NCBI GenBank assembly: GCA_039970335.1
Contig: JBDVMC010000025.1
Span: 216,629 to 280,628, forward strand
DNA length: 64,000 nucleotides
Direction of reading: 5' to 3'
Source of the DNA: Henriciella sp.
GTDB taxonomy: Bacteria > Pseudomonadota > Alphaproteobacteria > Caulobacterales > Hyphomonadaceae
The translations under genes and the position numbers were made by a program. Under the pieces are notes generated by a model that was not told where the DNA came from, did not search any database, and was given only the letters and a program-made list of their open reading frames with translations. The stretch's first letter is position 1, and each line of letters opens with the position of its first letter. Of the stretch, positions 29,454-37,898 are shown piece by piece.

Positions 29454-30119
29454 ATGGCCGATATTCTGATGCCAAAGGCAACCGCGGTCTGGCTGATCGA
29501 CAACACGACCCTCAGCTTTGACCAGATTGCGGACCTCTGCGGTCTGCACCACCTCGAAGTCAAAGGCATCGCGGATGGCGATGTCGCTGAGAACATGCGC
29601 GGCGTTGATCCAATTTCCGGCGGCGAATTGACCCGCGAAGAAATTCAAAAGGGCGAGGAAGATCCAGAGTATCGCCTCAAGACGGCGCCGTCGAAGATTG
29701 CGCACATCCCACAGCCGAAGCGCAAAGGCGCGCGTTATACGCCAGTTGCCCGCCGAGGTGACAAGCCGGATGCGATTGCTTGGTTCATCCGCAATCACCC
29801 TGAGGTGACGGATCCGCAAATCTCGAAACTCATCGGCACAACCAAAGCAACGATCACCAATGTGCGTGATAAGACCCATTGGAACAGCCAAGAAATCAAG
29901 CCGGTTGACCCTGTAACGGCGGGCTTGTGCTCTCAAATCGAGCTCGATGAAGTGATCCTGAAAGCGTCAAGCCGGCGCCGGAAGATGGATGCTGAACGCG
30001 CCGCTCAAGAAGAGGGCCCAGGTTTGGCGCCTGCCGCTGCGGTTGAGCAGCCTGTTGAGCCTGAAGCGCCGAAAGAAGAACTTTCCGCAGAAGATGTCTT
30101 CAGCGCGTTTAAGGACTAA
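29454..30119 (+). CDS. DUF1013 domain protein (TrcR-like cell-cycle regulator family)
   Basis: MADILMPKATAVWLIDNTTLSFDQIADLCGLHHLEVKGIADG N-terminus is characteristic of alphaproteobacterial DUF1013. Confidence 0.7.
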   Translation: MADILMPKATAVWLIDNTTLSFDQIADLCGLHHLEVKGIADGDVAENMRGVDPISGGELTREEIQKGEEDPEYRLKTAPSKIAHIPQPKRKGARYTPVARRGDKPDAIAWFIRNHPEVTDPQISKLIGTTKATITNVRDKTHWNSQEIKPVDPVTAGLCSQIELDEVILKASSRRRKMDAERAAQEEGPGLAPAAAVEQPVEPEAPKEELSAEDVFSAFKD

Positions 30120-30147
30120 GTTACGAGATTCAGAAGGGAGACGTAAT

Positions 30148-30912
30148 ATGCGAGTACTTTCTTTGGCATTGGTCACAGCCGCTTTGGCCGCAGCCGCACC
30201 AGCGGTCGCTCAGGACAGTTATGGAATTGAACGGGGAACCGGAGAGATCATCTGCACCGACGACGCGGATGATAACCGTAACCCCGATGACCCAAGCTAT
30301 GCAATTGCTGCGCTTTGGGACCAAATCGTGCTCGAAGAGAACCCGTGCGGATTGACGCCATTGGATAGCGGAACTTGGGGCGCCACCCGCCCCGTATCCG
30401 GTCTTGATGATGAAGGTCGCGCAGCGAAGTTTCGCCTCTACGTTCTCCACGATCGCTACAGTTGGACCCTCGGATCGTCTCGGCAGATCGAAGAAGACGG
30501 CACTCCAGTTCAATTTTCCAACGTCCTCAACACGCCGCAATTTTTTGAGCGGTTCTGCTCAGCGAAGGCCGCCTTGGCCCTCGGCGCAGCGTCCCACGAG
30601 GGACCAACCGCCCCTAACCACCGTCTCGCGAAAGCGCGCGGGAAGATCGTAGCGCAAACCTTGGCCAGTTATCGCGGAGACTGCACTGACGGGCGCGTAC
30701 CGCTGCTATTCTCGATCAGTCTTGGGGAACACCAGAATACTCGTCCCAGCGGCGGATCATCACCGCAACGTCGTGTCGTTATCATTGCGACTGAAGAGAT
30801 GACCGTTGGTGTTGATATCAAACAATCGCTGCGAAACGCGCTCACCGATCAAAGCGTACTGGATGGGTTTGCGATAGACGATTACGACCTGTTCGAAGTG
30901 GAGACCTTCTAG
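30148..30912 (+). CDS. exported protein with OmpA/MotB-like C-terminal motif
   Basis: Signal peptide MRVLSLALVTAALAAAAPAVA. SHEGPTAPNHRLAKARGKIVAQTL plus RRVVII resembles the OmpA_C pattern GHTD..G....N..LS..RA..V...L...RRVEI. Confidence 0.5.
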   Translation: MRVLSLALVTAALAAAAPAVAQDSYGIERGTGEIICTDDADDNRNPDDPSYAIAALWDQIVLEENPCGLTPLDSGTWGATRPVSGLDDEGRAAKFRLYVLHDRYSWTLGSSRQIEEDGTPVQFSNVLNTPQFFERFCSAKAALALGAASHEGPTAPNHRLAKARGKIVAQTLASYRGDCTDGRVPLLFSISLGEHQNTRPSGGSSPQRRVVIIATEEMTVGVDIKQSLRNALTDQSVLDGFAIDDYDLFEVETF

Positions 30913-30976
30913 GTCCAAATTTTAACCCTGCGTTCCGTCTGCGTCCGATCCGCGCCGGTAACGAATGGAGTGCCTC

Positions 30977-31921
30977 ATGGGCCGACAAAGAAAACGTAAA
31001 GGCGACCCCGTTCACGGGTGGCTCGCCATAGATAAGCCTGTTGATGTCACCTCGACGCGTGTGGTGAGCATTCTCAAACGCTTGTTCAATGCCCAGAAAG
31101 TCGGGCATGGCGGCACGCTCGACCCGTTGGCGGATGGCATCCTTCCGATCGCATTCGGTGAAGCAACAAAAACCGCTCAATGGGCGATGGATTGCGACAA
31201 GGAATACATCTTCACGATTGAATGGGGCACGTCCACGGCCAGCCAAGACAAAGAGGGCGATGTCATCGCCAGCTCTGACGTTCGCCCACGCCGGGAAGAT
31301 ATTGAGGCCGCCCTGCCCGAATTTATCGGCGACATCGAACAGGTTCCGCCAAAGTATTCTGCGATCAAGATTCAAGGCGAGCGCGCTTATGACCTAATGC
31401 GCGGGGGGGAAGAGTTCGAAATCCCATCCCGACAGGTGACCGTCTATGAAGCAGAGCTGGTCGACAGACCAGACGCAGACCATGCCACCATTCGCGTGGT
31501 TTCTGGCAAAGGCTTTTATGTCCGCGGCCTCGCCCGTGACCTCGCCAGTGCGCTTGGTGCAGAAGGCCATGTCAGTCAGCTTAGACGCACAAGAGTGGGC
31601 GCGCTCGACGAAGCCGGGTCGATTACCTTAGCAGATATCGAGGCGCATGCCGAAGACAAGCCGGCGCTCCTGGAGTTGCTAAAGCCGTTGCAGACCGTGC
31701 TTGATGACGTCCCGCAGCTCGAGATTGAAACGCGTGACGCTGACGCGATCCACCAGGGCAGAGAGGTTGTTCTGTTGCCGCATATTCTTGACCAATGGCG
31801 CGCCGATGCTGACCCGTCCAGTGATGACCGATTGGCACTTGCCATGGCCGGAGAGCGAGCTGTAGCCCTTGGGGAAGTTCGCGCCGGGCGATTCCAGCCA
31901 AAAAAAGTATTTCAGCTCTGA
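30977..31921 (+). CDS. truB: tRNA pseudouridine(55) synthase TruB
   Basis: HGGTLDPLADGILPIAFGEATK catalytic-Asp motif. ATG 30977 lies 6 nt after GGAG. The ORF also opens at 30965. Confidence 0.92.
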   Translation: MGRQRKRKGDPVHGWLAIDKPVDVTSTRVVSILKRLFNAQKVGHGGTLDPLADGILPIAFGEATKTAQWAMDCDKEYIFTIEWGTSTASQDKEGDVIASSDVRPRREDIEAALPEFIGDIEQVPPKYSAIKIQGERAYDLMRGGEEFEIPSRQVTVYEAELVDRPDADHATIRVVSGKGFYVRGLARDLASALGAEGHVSQLRRTRVGALDEAGSITLADIEAHAEDKPALLELLKPLQTVLDDVPQLEIETRDADAIHQGREVVLLPHILDQWRADADPSSDDRLALAMAGERAVALGEVRAGRFQPKKVFQL

Positions 31922-32010
31922 TAGAGTCTGCCCGCTGGGCTTGACCAGAGCGAGCAAAAATTGCACCTGTCCCGCTCTGCTCGGGGACGTAAAAGTAGAG
32001 AGGGTTTTCT

Positions 32011-33318
32011 ATGCGTGTAGCAATGATCGGAACAGGTTATGTTGGCCTGGTGAGCGGTGCTTGTTTTGCCGATTTCGGACATGTCGTCACCTGCGTCGAC
32101 AAAGACGCCAGCAAGATTGATCGCCTGCATCAAAACATCATGCCGATCTATGAGCCTGGCCTTGATGACCTGGTCGAAAACAACGTCAAGGAAGAGCGCC
32201 TCTTCTTCACGACCGAAGCTAAGGACGCGATCTCGCAAGCTGATGCTGTGTTTATCGCCGTCGGAACCCCTTCGCGCCGCGGTGATGGCCATGCTGACTT
32301 GTCTTATGTCTATGCGGCCGCAGAAGAGATTGCTGAGCTGATGGATGGCTTCACGGTTGTCGTCACGAAATCGACCGTCCCGGTCGGTACTGGCGATGAG
32401 GTCGAAGCGATCATCCGCAAGAAACGACCAGACGCGGATTTTGCGGTCGTTTCTAACCCAGAATTCCTGCGCGAAGGCGCGGCGATTAAAGATTTCAAAA
32501 TTCCTGATCGCGTGGTCGTGGGGACAGATGACGAACGCGCGGTGAAGCTGATGGAAGAGCTGTATCGACCGCTCTTCCTAAACCAGACCCCAATCGTCTT
32601 TACAGAGCGCCGAACCTCAGAGTTGATCAAGTATGCTGCGAATGCGTTCCTGGCGGTCAAGATCACTTTCATCAATGAGATGGCTGATCTCTGCGAAGCC
32701 GTTGGCGCGAATGTTCAAGAGGTTTCTCGCGGGATTGGCTTAGACGGCCGCATCGGGAAGAAATTCCTTAATGCAGGCCCGGGATATGGCGGCTCTTGCT
32801 TCCCGAAAGATACGCTGGCGCTGACCAAGACCGCCAATGATTACAACTCACCTGTGCGCATCGTCGACACCGTCGTTGAAGTGAACGCGGCGCGTAAAAA
32901 GGCGATGGCGGTCAAGATCATCAATGCCATGGGCGGCGACGTCTCTGGCAAGACGATCGGCGTGCTTGGCCTGGCGTTTAAGCAAAACACCGACGATATG
33001 CGCGACGCACCGAGCCTGGATATTGTTCCAGCCTTGATTGAAGCGGGCGCAACCGTGAAAGCCTATGATCCAGAATCGATGGAAGAAGCATCGCATTTGC
33101 TCGAAGGCGTGAACTATGCCGCGAATGCGTATGAAGCCATTGAAGGCGCTGACGCGATGGTCATCCTAACCGAGTGGGATCAGTTCCGCGCGCTCGACCT
33201 GGACCGCGTGAAAACGACCCTTAAAGGGAACGCCGTTATCGACCTGCGCAACATTTATCTGCCCGAAGACATGGTCAAGCGCGGCTTCACCTACACGTCG
33301 ATCGGGCGTCCGAATTAG
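32011..33318 (+). CDS. ugd: UDP-glucose 6-dehydrogenase
   Basis: [24 protein letters not shown] Rossmann N-terminus and GGSCFPKD catalytic-Cys motif. Confidence 0.93.
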   Translation: MRVAMIGTGYVGLVSGACFADFGHVVTCVDKDASKIDRLHQNIMPIYEPGLDDLVENNVKEERLFFTTEAKDAISQADAVFIAVGTPSRRGDGHADLSYVYAAAEEIAELMDGFTVVVTKSTVPVGTGDEVEAIIRKKRPDADFAVVSNPEFLREGAAIKDFKIPDRVVVGTDDERAVKLMEELYRPLFLNQTPIVFTERRTSELIKYAANAFLAVKITFINEMADLCEAVGANVQEVSRGIGLDGRIGKKFLNAGPGYGGSCFPKDTLALTKTANDYNSPVRIVDTVVEVNAARKKAMAVKIINAMGGDVSGKTIGVLGLAFKQNTDDMRDAPSLDIVPALIEAGATVKAYDPESMEEASHLLEGVNYAANAYEAIEGADAMVILTEWDQFRALDLDRVKTTLKGNAVIDLRNIYLPEDMVKRGFTYTSIGRPN

Positions 33319-33344
33319 ATCCACCAAGCCTTGGAGGCAGAGCA

Positions 33345-33995
33345 ATGAAATTCTTCGTTGATACGGCAGATACCGCCGAGATTAAAGAACTGGCCGCAAC
33401 CGGATTGATCGATGGGGTCACCACGAACCCGTCTTTGATCATGAAATCAGGGCGCGACTTTGCCGAAGTCATTGCAGAAATTTGTGACCTCACAGAAGGC
33501 CATGTCAGCGCGGAAGTCGTTGCCACTGATTGGAAAACCATGGTCGCAGAGGGCAAGAAGCTTCAAGCGATCGCCTCTAATGTTGCGGTCAAATTGCCGC
33601 TCACAATGGATGGGCTGCGCGCCTGTCGTGAACTTGCCAATATCGGCACAGCGGTCAACGTCACACTCTGCTTCTCGGCCAACCAAGCTCTACTCGCGGC
33701 GAAAGCCGGCGCGGCTTACATTTCGCCGTTTATCGGCCGGCTCGATGACCTCAACATTGATGGCATGGAGCTGATCGAAGAGATCCGCGTCATCTATGAC
33801 AATTACATGTTCGAGACCGAAATCCTGGCCGCTTCGATCCGCGGAGCTAATCATGTGAAGCTCTCCGCCCTGGCAGGCGCGGATGTTGCGACGGTCCCAC
33901 CGAATGTTCTGAAAGGCCTCGCCAATCACCCCCTGACCGATAAAGGTCTGGCGACCTTCCTCGAAGACGCCAAAAAAGGCGGCGTGAAAGTCTAA
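33345..33995 (+). CDS. tal: transaldolase type 3B / fructose-6-phosphate aldolase family
   Basis: [16 protein letters not shown]...GVTTNPSL and VKLP motifs; 216 aa. Confidence 0.92.
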   Translation: MKFFVDTADTAEIKELAATGLIDGVTTNPSLIMKSGRDFAEVIAEICDLTEGHVSAEVVATDWKTMVAEGKKLQAIASNVAVKLPLTMDGLRACRELANIGTAVNVTLCFSANQALLAAKAGAAYISPFIGRLDDLNIDGMELIEEIRVIYDNYMFETEILAASIRGANHVKLSALAGADVATVPPNVLKGLANHPLTDKGLATFLEDAKKGGVKV

Positions 33996-34411
33996 ACCGG
34001 ACAGCTGCCACCGGCGGTCCGCATGCCATCCAGAACTTCTTCGAGCTGCTCGCCCAGCTCGTCGATATTCTTGTGATTTGCGATCTGTTCCGGCGTCGCA
34101 TCATCGGCGCGGGCGGCACGCGAAATGCTTCTAAATGCATCTTCGGCTGAGCCATTATGCTCAGTGATGGCTTCAGCCATAAGCCCAATCGCTGAGATAG
34201 AGTTGGCGCTTATATCTTCTGGGAGAGATAGCAAAGCCGTACTGGCGCAAGCACAGAAGTCTTCATTCTCGACACTTGCCGCAACGATGTCGCGCTTCAT
34301 GTCGGGGTCTTCCATTATGGTTAGGCAAGCCGTCGCAATTTCAGCCTCTTGATTGGCGCCGCATGCTGACAGCAATGCAAGTCCGGCAATGCCGAGCATA
34401 GTTTGTTTCAT
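33992..34411 (-). CDS. hypothetical lipoprotein
   Basis: [20 protein letters not shown] lipobox. Start at ATG 34411, after GGGAGA. The ORF opens at GTG 34444. Confidence 0.6.
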   Translation of the reverse strand: MKQTMLGIAGLALLSACGANQEAEIATACLTIMEDPDMKRDIVAASVENEDFCACASTALLSLPEDISANSISAIGLMAEAITEHNGSAEDAFRSISRAARADDATPEQIANHKNIDELGEQLEEVLDGMRTAGGSCPV

Positions 34412-34447
34412 AATCGTCTCCCTCAATCCAAGTCGAGCAGACACAGA

Positions 34448-34475
34448 AACGGCGCGACTGTCTAGCCGCGCCGTT
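34448..34475 (-). terminator. hairpin immediately downstream of nrdB (possible terminator/attenuator)
   Basis: 9-bp stem aacggcgcg / cgcgccgtt with a 10-nt loop; poor T-tract. Confidence 0.4.
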
Positions 34476-34498
34476 CGTAGATTGATTATGTGGCGGAG

Positions 34499-35527
34499 CT
34501 ATCCAGCCAGGATTGTTTGAGGCTTGCGCTTGTCAAACATCGACCAAACACCTGAATCGCCGTGCCAGTCGCCCTGAGTTGCGCCTTTAGAATATTCTGT
34601 GGCGCGCGCTTCAAAGAAGTTCGCATGCTCAACACCGTTCAGAATTTCCGTCAGCCAAGGAATTGGGTGCTTTTCGACCCCGAAGATCGGATCGAGCTTC
34701 AACTGACCCATCCGCCAATCTGCGATGTAGCGAATGTATTGCTGAATATCGGTTGGCGTCATGCCTTCGACTTCACCGGCTTCGAAGGCCAGATCGATGA
34801 ATTTGTCTTCGAGCTTAACCACGGTTTCGCAAGCTTCGCGAATGCGGTTCTTGACGCTTGTGGTGAGGGCCCCGGTTTCAGCCGCAAAGGTGTGGAACAT
34901 TTTCATCATGCCCTCGCAGTGCAGCGACTCGTCGCGCACAGACCAGGAAACGATCTGCCCCATCCCTTTCATTTTATTGAAGCGTGGGAAGTTCATCAGC
35001 ATCGCGAATGAAGCAAAGAGCTGGAGCCCCTCAGTGAAGCCGCCAAACACCGCCATAGAGGTGAGGATGTCTTCCTCAGAATCAGTGCCGAACTGCCCGA
35101 GATAGTCATGCTTGGCAGCCATCTCTTCGTATTCCATAAACGCAGAAAACTCAGAATCCGGCATGCCGATCGTCTCGAGCAATAGCGCGTAAGCGGCAAT
35201 GTGCACGGTTTCCATGTTTGAGAACGAGGCCAACATCATGCGCACTTCTACCGGCTTGAACAGCGGCATGTAGTTTTCCATGTAATTGGCGCCAACTTCG
35301 ACGTCTGACTGCGTGAAGAAGCGGAAAATCTGAGTCAGCAGATTACGCTCTTTATCGTTCAGCTTGTTGACCCAGTCTTTGCAATCCTCGCCAAGTGGCA
35401 CTTCTTCCGGAAGCCAGTGCACTTGCTGCTGGAGTTTCCAGAAATCATACGCCCACGCATAGCGGAAAGGCTTGTAGGACTTAGATGGTGTCATCAGTCC
35501 GGGAAGTTTTATCATACCGTCGGCCAT
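34499..35527 (-). CDS. nrdB: ribonucleoside-diphosphate reductase beta subunit (class I, di-iron/tyrosyl radical)
   Basis: Ferritin-like R2 pattern (ERNLLTQIFRFFTQSDV..., METVHIAAY, SWSVRDESLHC) and an acidic C-terminal tail; 342 aa. Confidence 0.93.
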   Translation of the reverse strand: MADGMIKLPGLMTPSKSYKPFRYAWAYDFWKLQQQVHWLPEEVPLGEDCKDWVNKLNDKERNLLTQIFRFFTQSDVEVGANYMENYMPLFKPVEVRMMLASFSNMETVHIAAYALLLETIGMPDSEFSAFMEYEEMAAKHDYLGQFGTDSEEDILTSMAVFGGFTEGLQLFASFAMLMNFPRFNKMKGMGQIVSWSVRDESLHCEGMMKMFHTFAAETGALTTSVKNRIREACETVVKLEDKFIDLAFEAGEVEGMTPTDIQQYIRYIADWRMGQLKLDPIFGVEKHPIPWLTEILNGVEHANFFEARATEYSKGATQGDWHGDSGVWSMFDKRKPQTILAG

Positions 35528-35553
35528 AGCTTTACCCCTGCCTTAAATCATCA

Positions 35554-35569
35554 ACACCACATATAGTGT
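35554..35569. promoter_or_regulatory. NrdR-box-like palindrome upstream of nrdB
   Basis: ACACCACATATAGTGT versus the published NrdR box consensus acaCwAtATaTwGtgt; about 27 nt upstream of the nrdB ATG. Confidence 0.55.
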
Positions 35570-35685
35570 CTGAAGCCGCTGCTGCACGCAAGATGTATCC
35601 TGCGGGTCCGCGACACTTCTCCACAGGCTGCCCACAGGAAAGCGATTGTTAACCCCGAATCAGATCTATGAACGAAATTGCTCGC

Positions 35686-36720
35686 TCAGCGCGCAATCGA
35701 AATAGAGACCGCACCAAAACGTTGCGGACCGCTCTGCGCGACGAACTCCTCGGTCCGATGGATATAGGTAAACGCGACCTGGACATCACCTTGATGTAAC
35801 GCGATTCCAATCTGCATGTCGCCGCCATAGTCGCGGCGATCTTCGACGCGGGCGCTGTCGCGCGATAGATTGCCGTCCAGGAACATATCGCGCGCCACGG
35901 CGCGCCCTTCCACCCCGGCAAAGACATAGCCTCCAAAGGGCTGACCGGGACGAAAAACCCCAGCCCCAGCGAGCGCAGGTCTGATCCTAGGCGGCCCAAA
36001 ATCAGAAGAGAGGTCCCAGCCGATCCGCGCCAATCCCCCAACAGAGGCATAGGTGCGTACATTCCCCAAAGTGGCGCCGCCATGCAGCGCATAGTCGGTC
36101 TCCAACCCAAATGGCAAATCCGGGCCTTCAAACTGGCGCGTTCGCTGCGCCGTGATTTCGATCCCGAACTCATCCTTCAATTGCGAATCCCACCCGTTTG
36201 GTTCAACCGCCTGGATCAGGTCGTGCCAATTTTCCTGCACGAATTCTCCGCCGGCAGACGGACCGACAACGCCAAGATTGACTTGCAAGACGTCTTGAAC
36301 CATTTCGCCGGGCCCAAGCCGGGTTGTTCCGACCACAGTACCCGACGCATACAGCCATGCCGCATAAGGGCGATCAGCTGGATCGGGCGTCTCCGTCTCA
36401 ATGTTCTCAGGCGTAAAGATCGTGTGCGATAGCGCAAAGCCTTGGCGTAGTTCTGTCCGATCCAGGTCGAGAAATGGAATCCGATTTGCGACCCAGTTCA
36501 AACCAGGCGTCACGTCATTGGCTGGACGTACGCGCTCCATGCGAATGCCGTTCGAATAGTTCCGGTCCGTACCACCAAACAGATCATTCTCAGAGGTTAG
36601 CGACCAGACGCCAGCTTTCCGCACAGGCTCCAAAGCCGGCGTTTCCACTTCTTGCGCGCCAGCAGCAGCCATAAAAAAAGCCGCCAAGCTGGCGGCTCCT
36701 ATTATGCGATGAGCAACCAT
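35686..36720 (-). CDS. lipid A deacylase LpxR family (DUF2219) outer-membrane protein
   Basis: Signal peptide. SENDLFGGTDRNYSNGIRM matches the LpxR/DUF2219 N-terminal END...D..Y(T/S).G motif. Beta-barrel-like C-terminus. Confidence 0.75.
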   Translation of the reverse strand: MVAHRIIGAASLAAFFMAAAGAQEVETPALEPVRKAGVWSLTSENDLFGGTDRNYSNGIRMERVRPANDVTPGLNWVANRIPFLDLDRTELRQGFALSHTIFTPENIETETPDPADRPYAAWLYASGTVVGTTRLGPGEMVQDVLQVNLGVVGPSAGGEFVQENWHDLIQAVEPNGWDSQLKDEFGIEITAQRTRQFEGPDLPFGLETDYALHGGATLGNVRTYASVGGLARIGWDLSSDFGPPRIRPALAGAGVFRPGQPFGGYVFAGVEGRAVARDMFLDGNLSRDSARVEDRRDYGGDMQIGIALHQGDVQVAFTYIHRTEEFVAQSGPQRFGAVSISIAR

Positions 36721-36724
36721 AAGA

Positions 36725-37531
36725 TTAGCGCTTAATCGTAAAGCTCACGCCTGCGAAGTCTTCATTCTCACTCGCACCCAATGTGCGCTCGCGATACTCA
36801 ACTTCTCGTCTAATATAGCTGAAAGACAATTGGCCATTGCCGCGTTGAATGGAAACACCGGCCTGAATATCGCCAACGGTAACCTGATCGTGCAAAGCCA
36901 TCGTGCCGACCGCAACGCGGCCCTGCTCGTCCGGCTCCCATACGAGGGCTTCCCCGTCGGCGCCTGCAAACAGATACCAACTTGAGATCGGCAATTCACC
37001 GCGCTTGTCGAAATTCTGACCGATCCGAACTTCACCCCCGAAGCGGCGAGATGCATACAGTCCATCACGTGTAATTTCCATTCGCGGCGCGATCCCAACA
37101 TCGAAACCAAGTCCGGTTTGTTCAGATGGCGCGGAAAGCGCGATTTCGGCCGTCAGGGTCCGTTGTTCTCTTGGCACTGGAGACAAGCTCGCACTTGCAC
37201 GATCAGCAGCGACATCCGTCATAATCGCACTCGAGTAGAGACGTCGGCTGGTTAAGCCTGCTTTTGGATCCGCGGCAAAATTCAGATCCGTGCTCTGCGG
37301 AACCTGAAAGCCGAAATGACGTGTGGTTTCAGATTTGGAGAAAGATCCCGAATAAACAAGATTGACCCGTGTCTGCGAAGATTCCGCGCCAAGGGTTCGG
37401 CTTGCGGCAATAATCGTCGCATTGTCGATTTGAGGTCCTGTGTTCGCTTGCGCGTGCACACAGGTATGACATGCCATACTGGCAATTAATGATGCGCCTG
37501 CAACTATCATGCGTCCAATGCCTCTCATCAC
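36725..37531 (-). CDS. LpxR/DUF2219-related outer-membrane beta-barrel paralog (divergent)
   Basis: The C-terminal ~90 aa aligns by eye with the neighbouring LpxR-like protein (YLFAGADGEALV / YVFAGVEGRAVA; LSFSYIRREVEY / VAFTYIHRTEEF; FAGVSFTIKR / FGAVSISIAR). The N-terminal END motif is absent. Confidence 0.55.
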   Translation of the reverse strand: MMRGIGRMIVAGASLIASMACHTCVHAQANTGPQIDNATIIAASRTLGAESSQTRVNLVYSGSFSKSETTRHFGFQVPQSTDLNFAADPKAGLTSRRLYSSAIMTDVAADRASASLSPVPREQRTLTAEIALSAPSEQTGLGFDVGIAPRMEITRDGLYASRRFGGEVRIGQNFDKRGELPISSWYLFAGADGEALVWEPDEQGRVAVGTMALHDQVTVGDIQAGVSIQRGNGQLSFSYIRREVEYRERTLGASENEDFAGVSFTIKR

Positions 37532-37846
37532 GCCAGCTCCGTTCCGTCCCCCAGAAACTGGCTTGTGATCCTTACCTTAGCATGAAGAATTCACGCTGCC
37601 GAATCCGTTTGAGCTAGAGCCTATTAAACATTTTGTCATCACGGAATTGTGACTTTGCCCGTGTTTACAGGGAGTCTGGCTGAAAATGCTGTTCTGCAAC
37701 AAAGTTAATTGGTGCTCGAATTTCTTTCACTTTTTGCAAGATTTGTGCACTTTTTTCGCTAGCGTCGCACCAAAAACACACTTCCGCGTCCCATTTACTG
37801 TTTAAACACATCAATATTTGGGTCGCTATCAACACAGAAGAAAAGT

Positions 37847-37876
37847 AAAAACCCCACTCGATTGAGCAGGGTTTTT
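37847..37876 (-). terminator. bidirectional-type rho-independent terminator after nrdA
   Basis: aaaaacccc...gggttttt hairpin flanked by A- and T-tracts, about 22 nt past the nrdA stop. Confidence 0.7.
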
Positions 37877-37898
37877 GGAGACTTATTAAGTATACTAT

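Noticed and set aside
37686-37805. 39-codon Cys/Phe-rich ORF (MLFCNKVNWCSNFFHFLQDLC...) in the AT-rich spacer downstream of nrdA
   Set aside because: The candidate SD (GGGAG) is about 11 nt from the ATG. The composition simply mirrors AT-rich non-coding DNA. There is no supporting signal, so it is kept only as something ribosome profiling could revisit.
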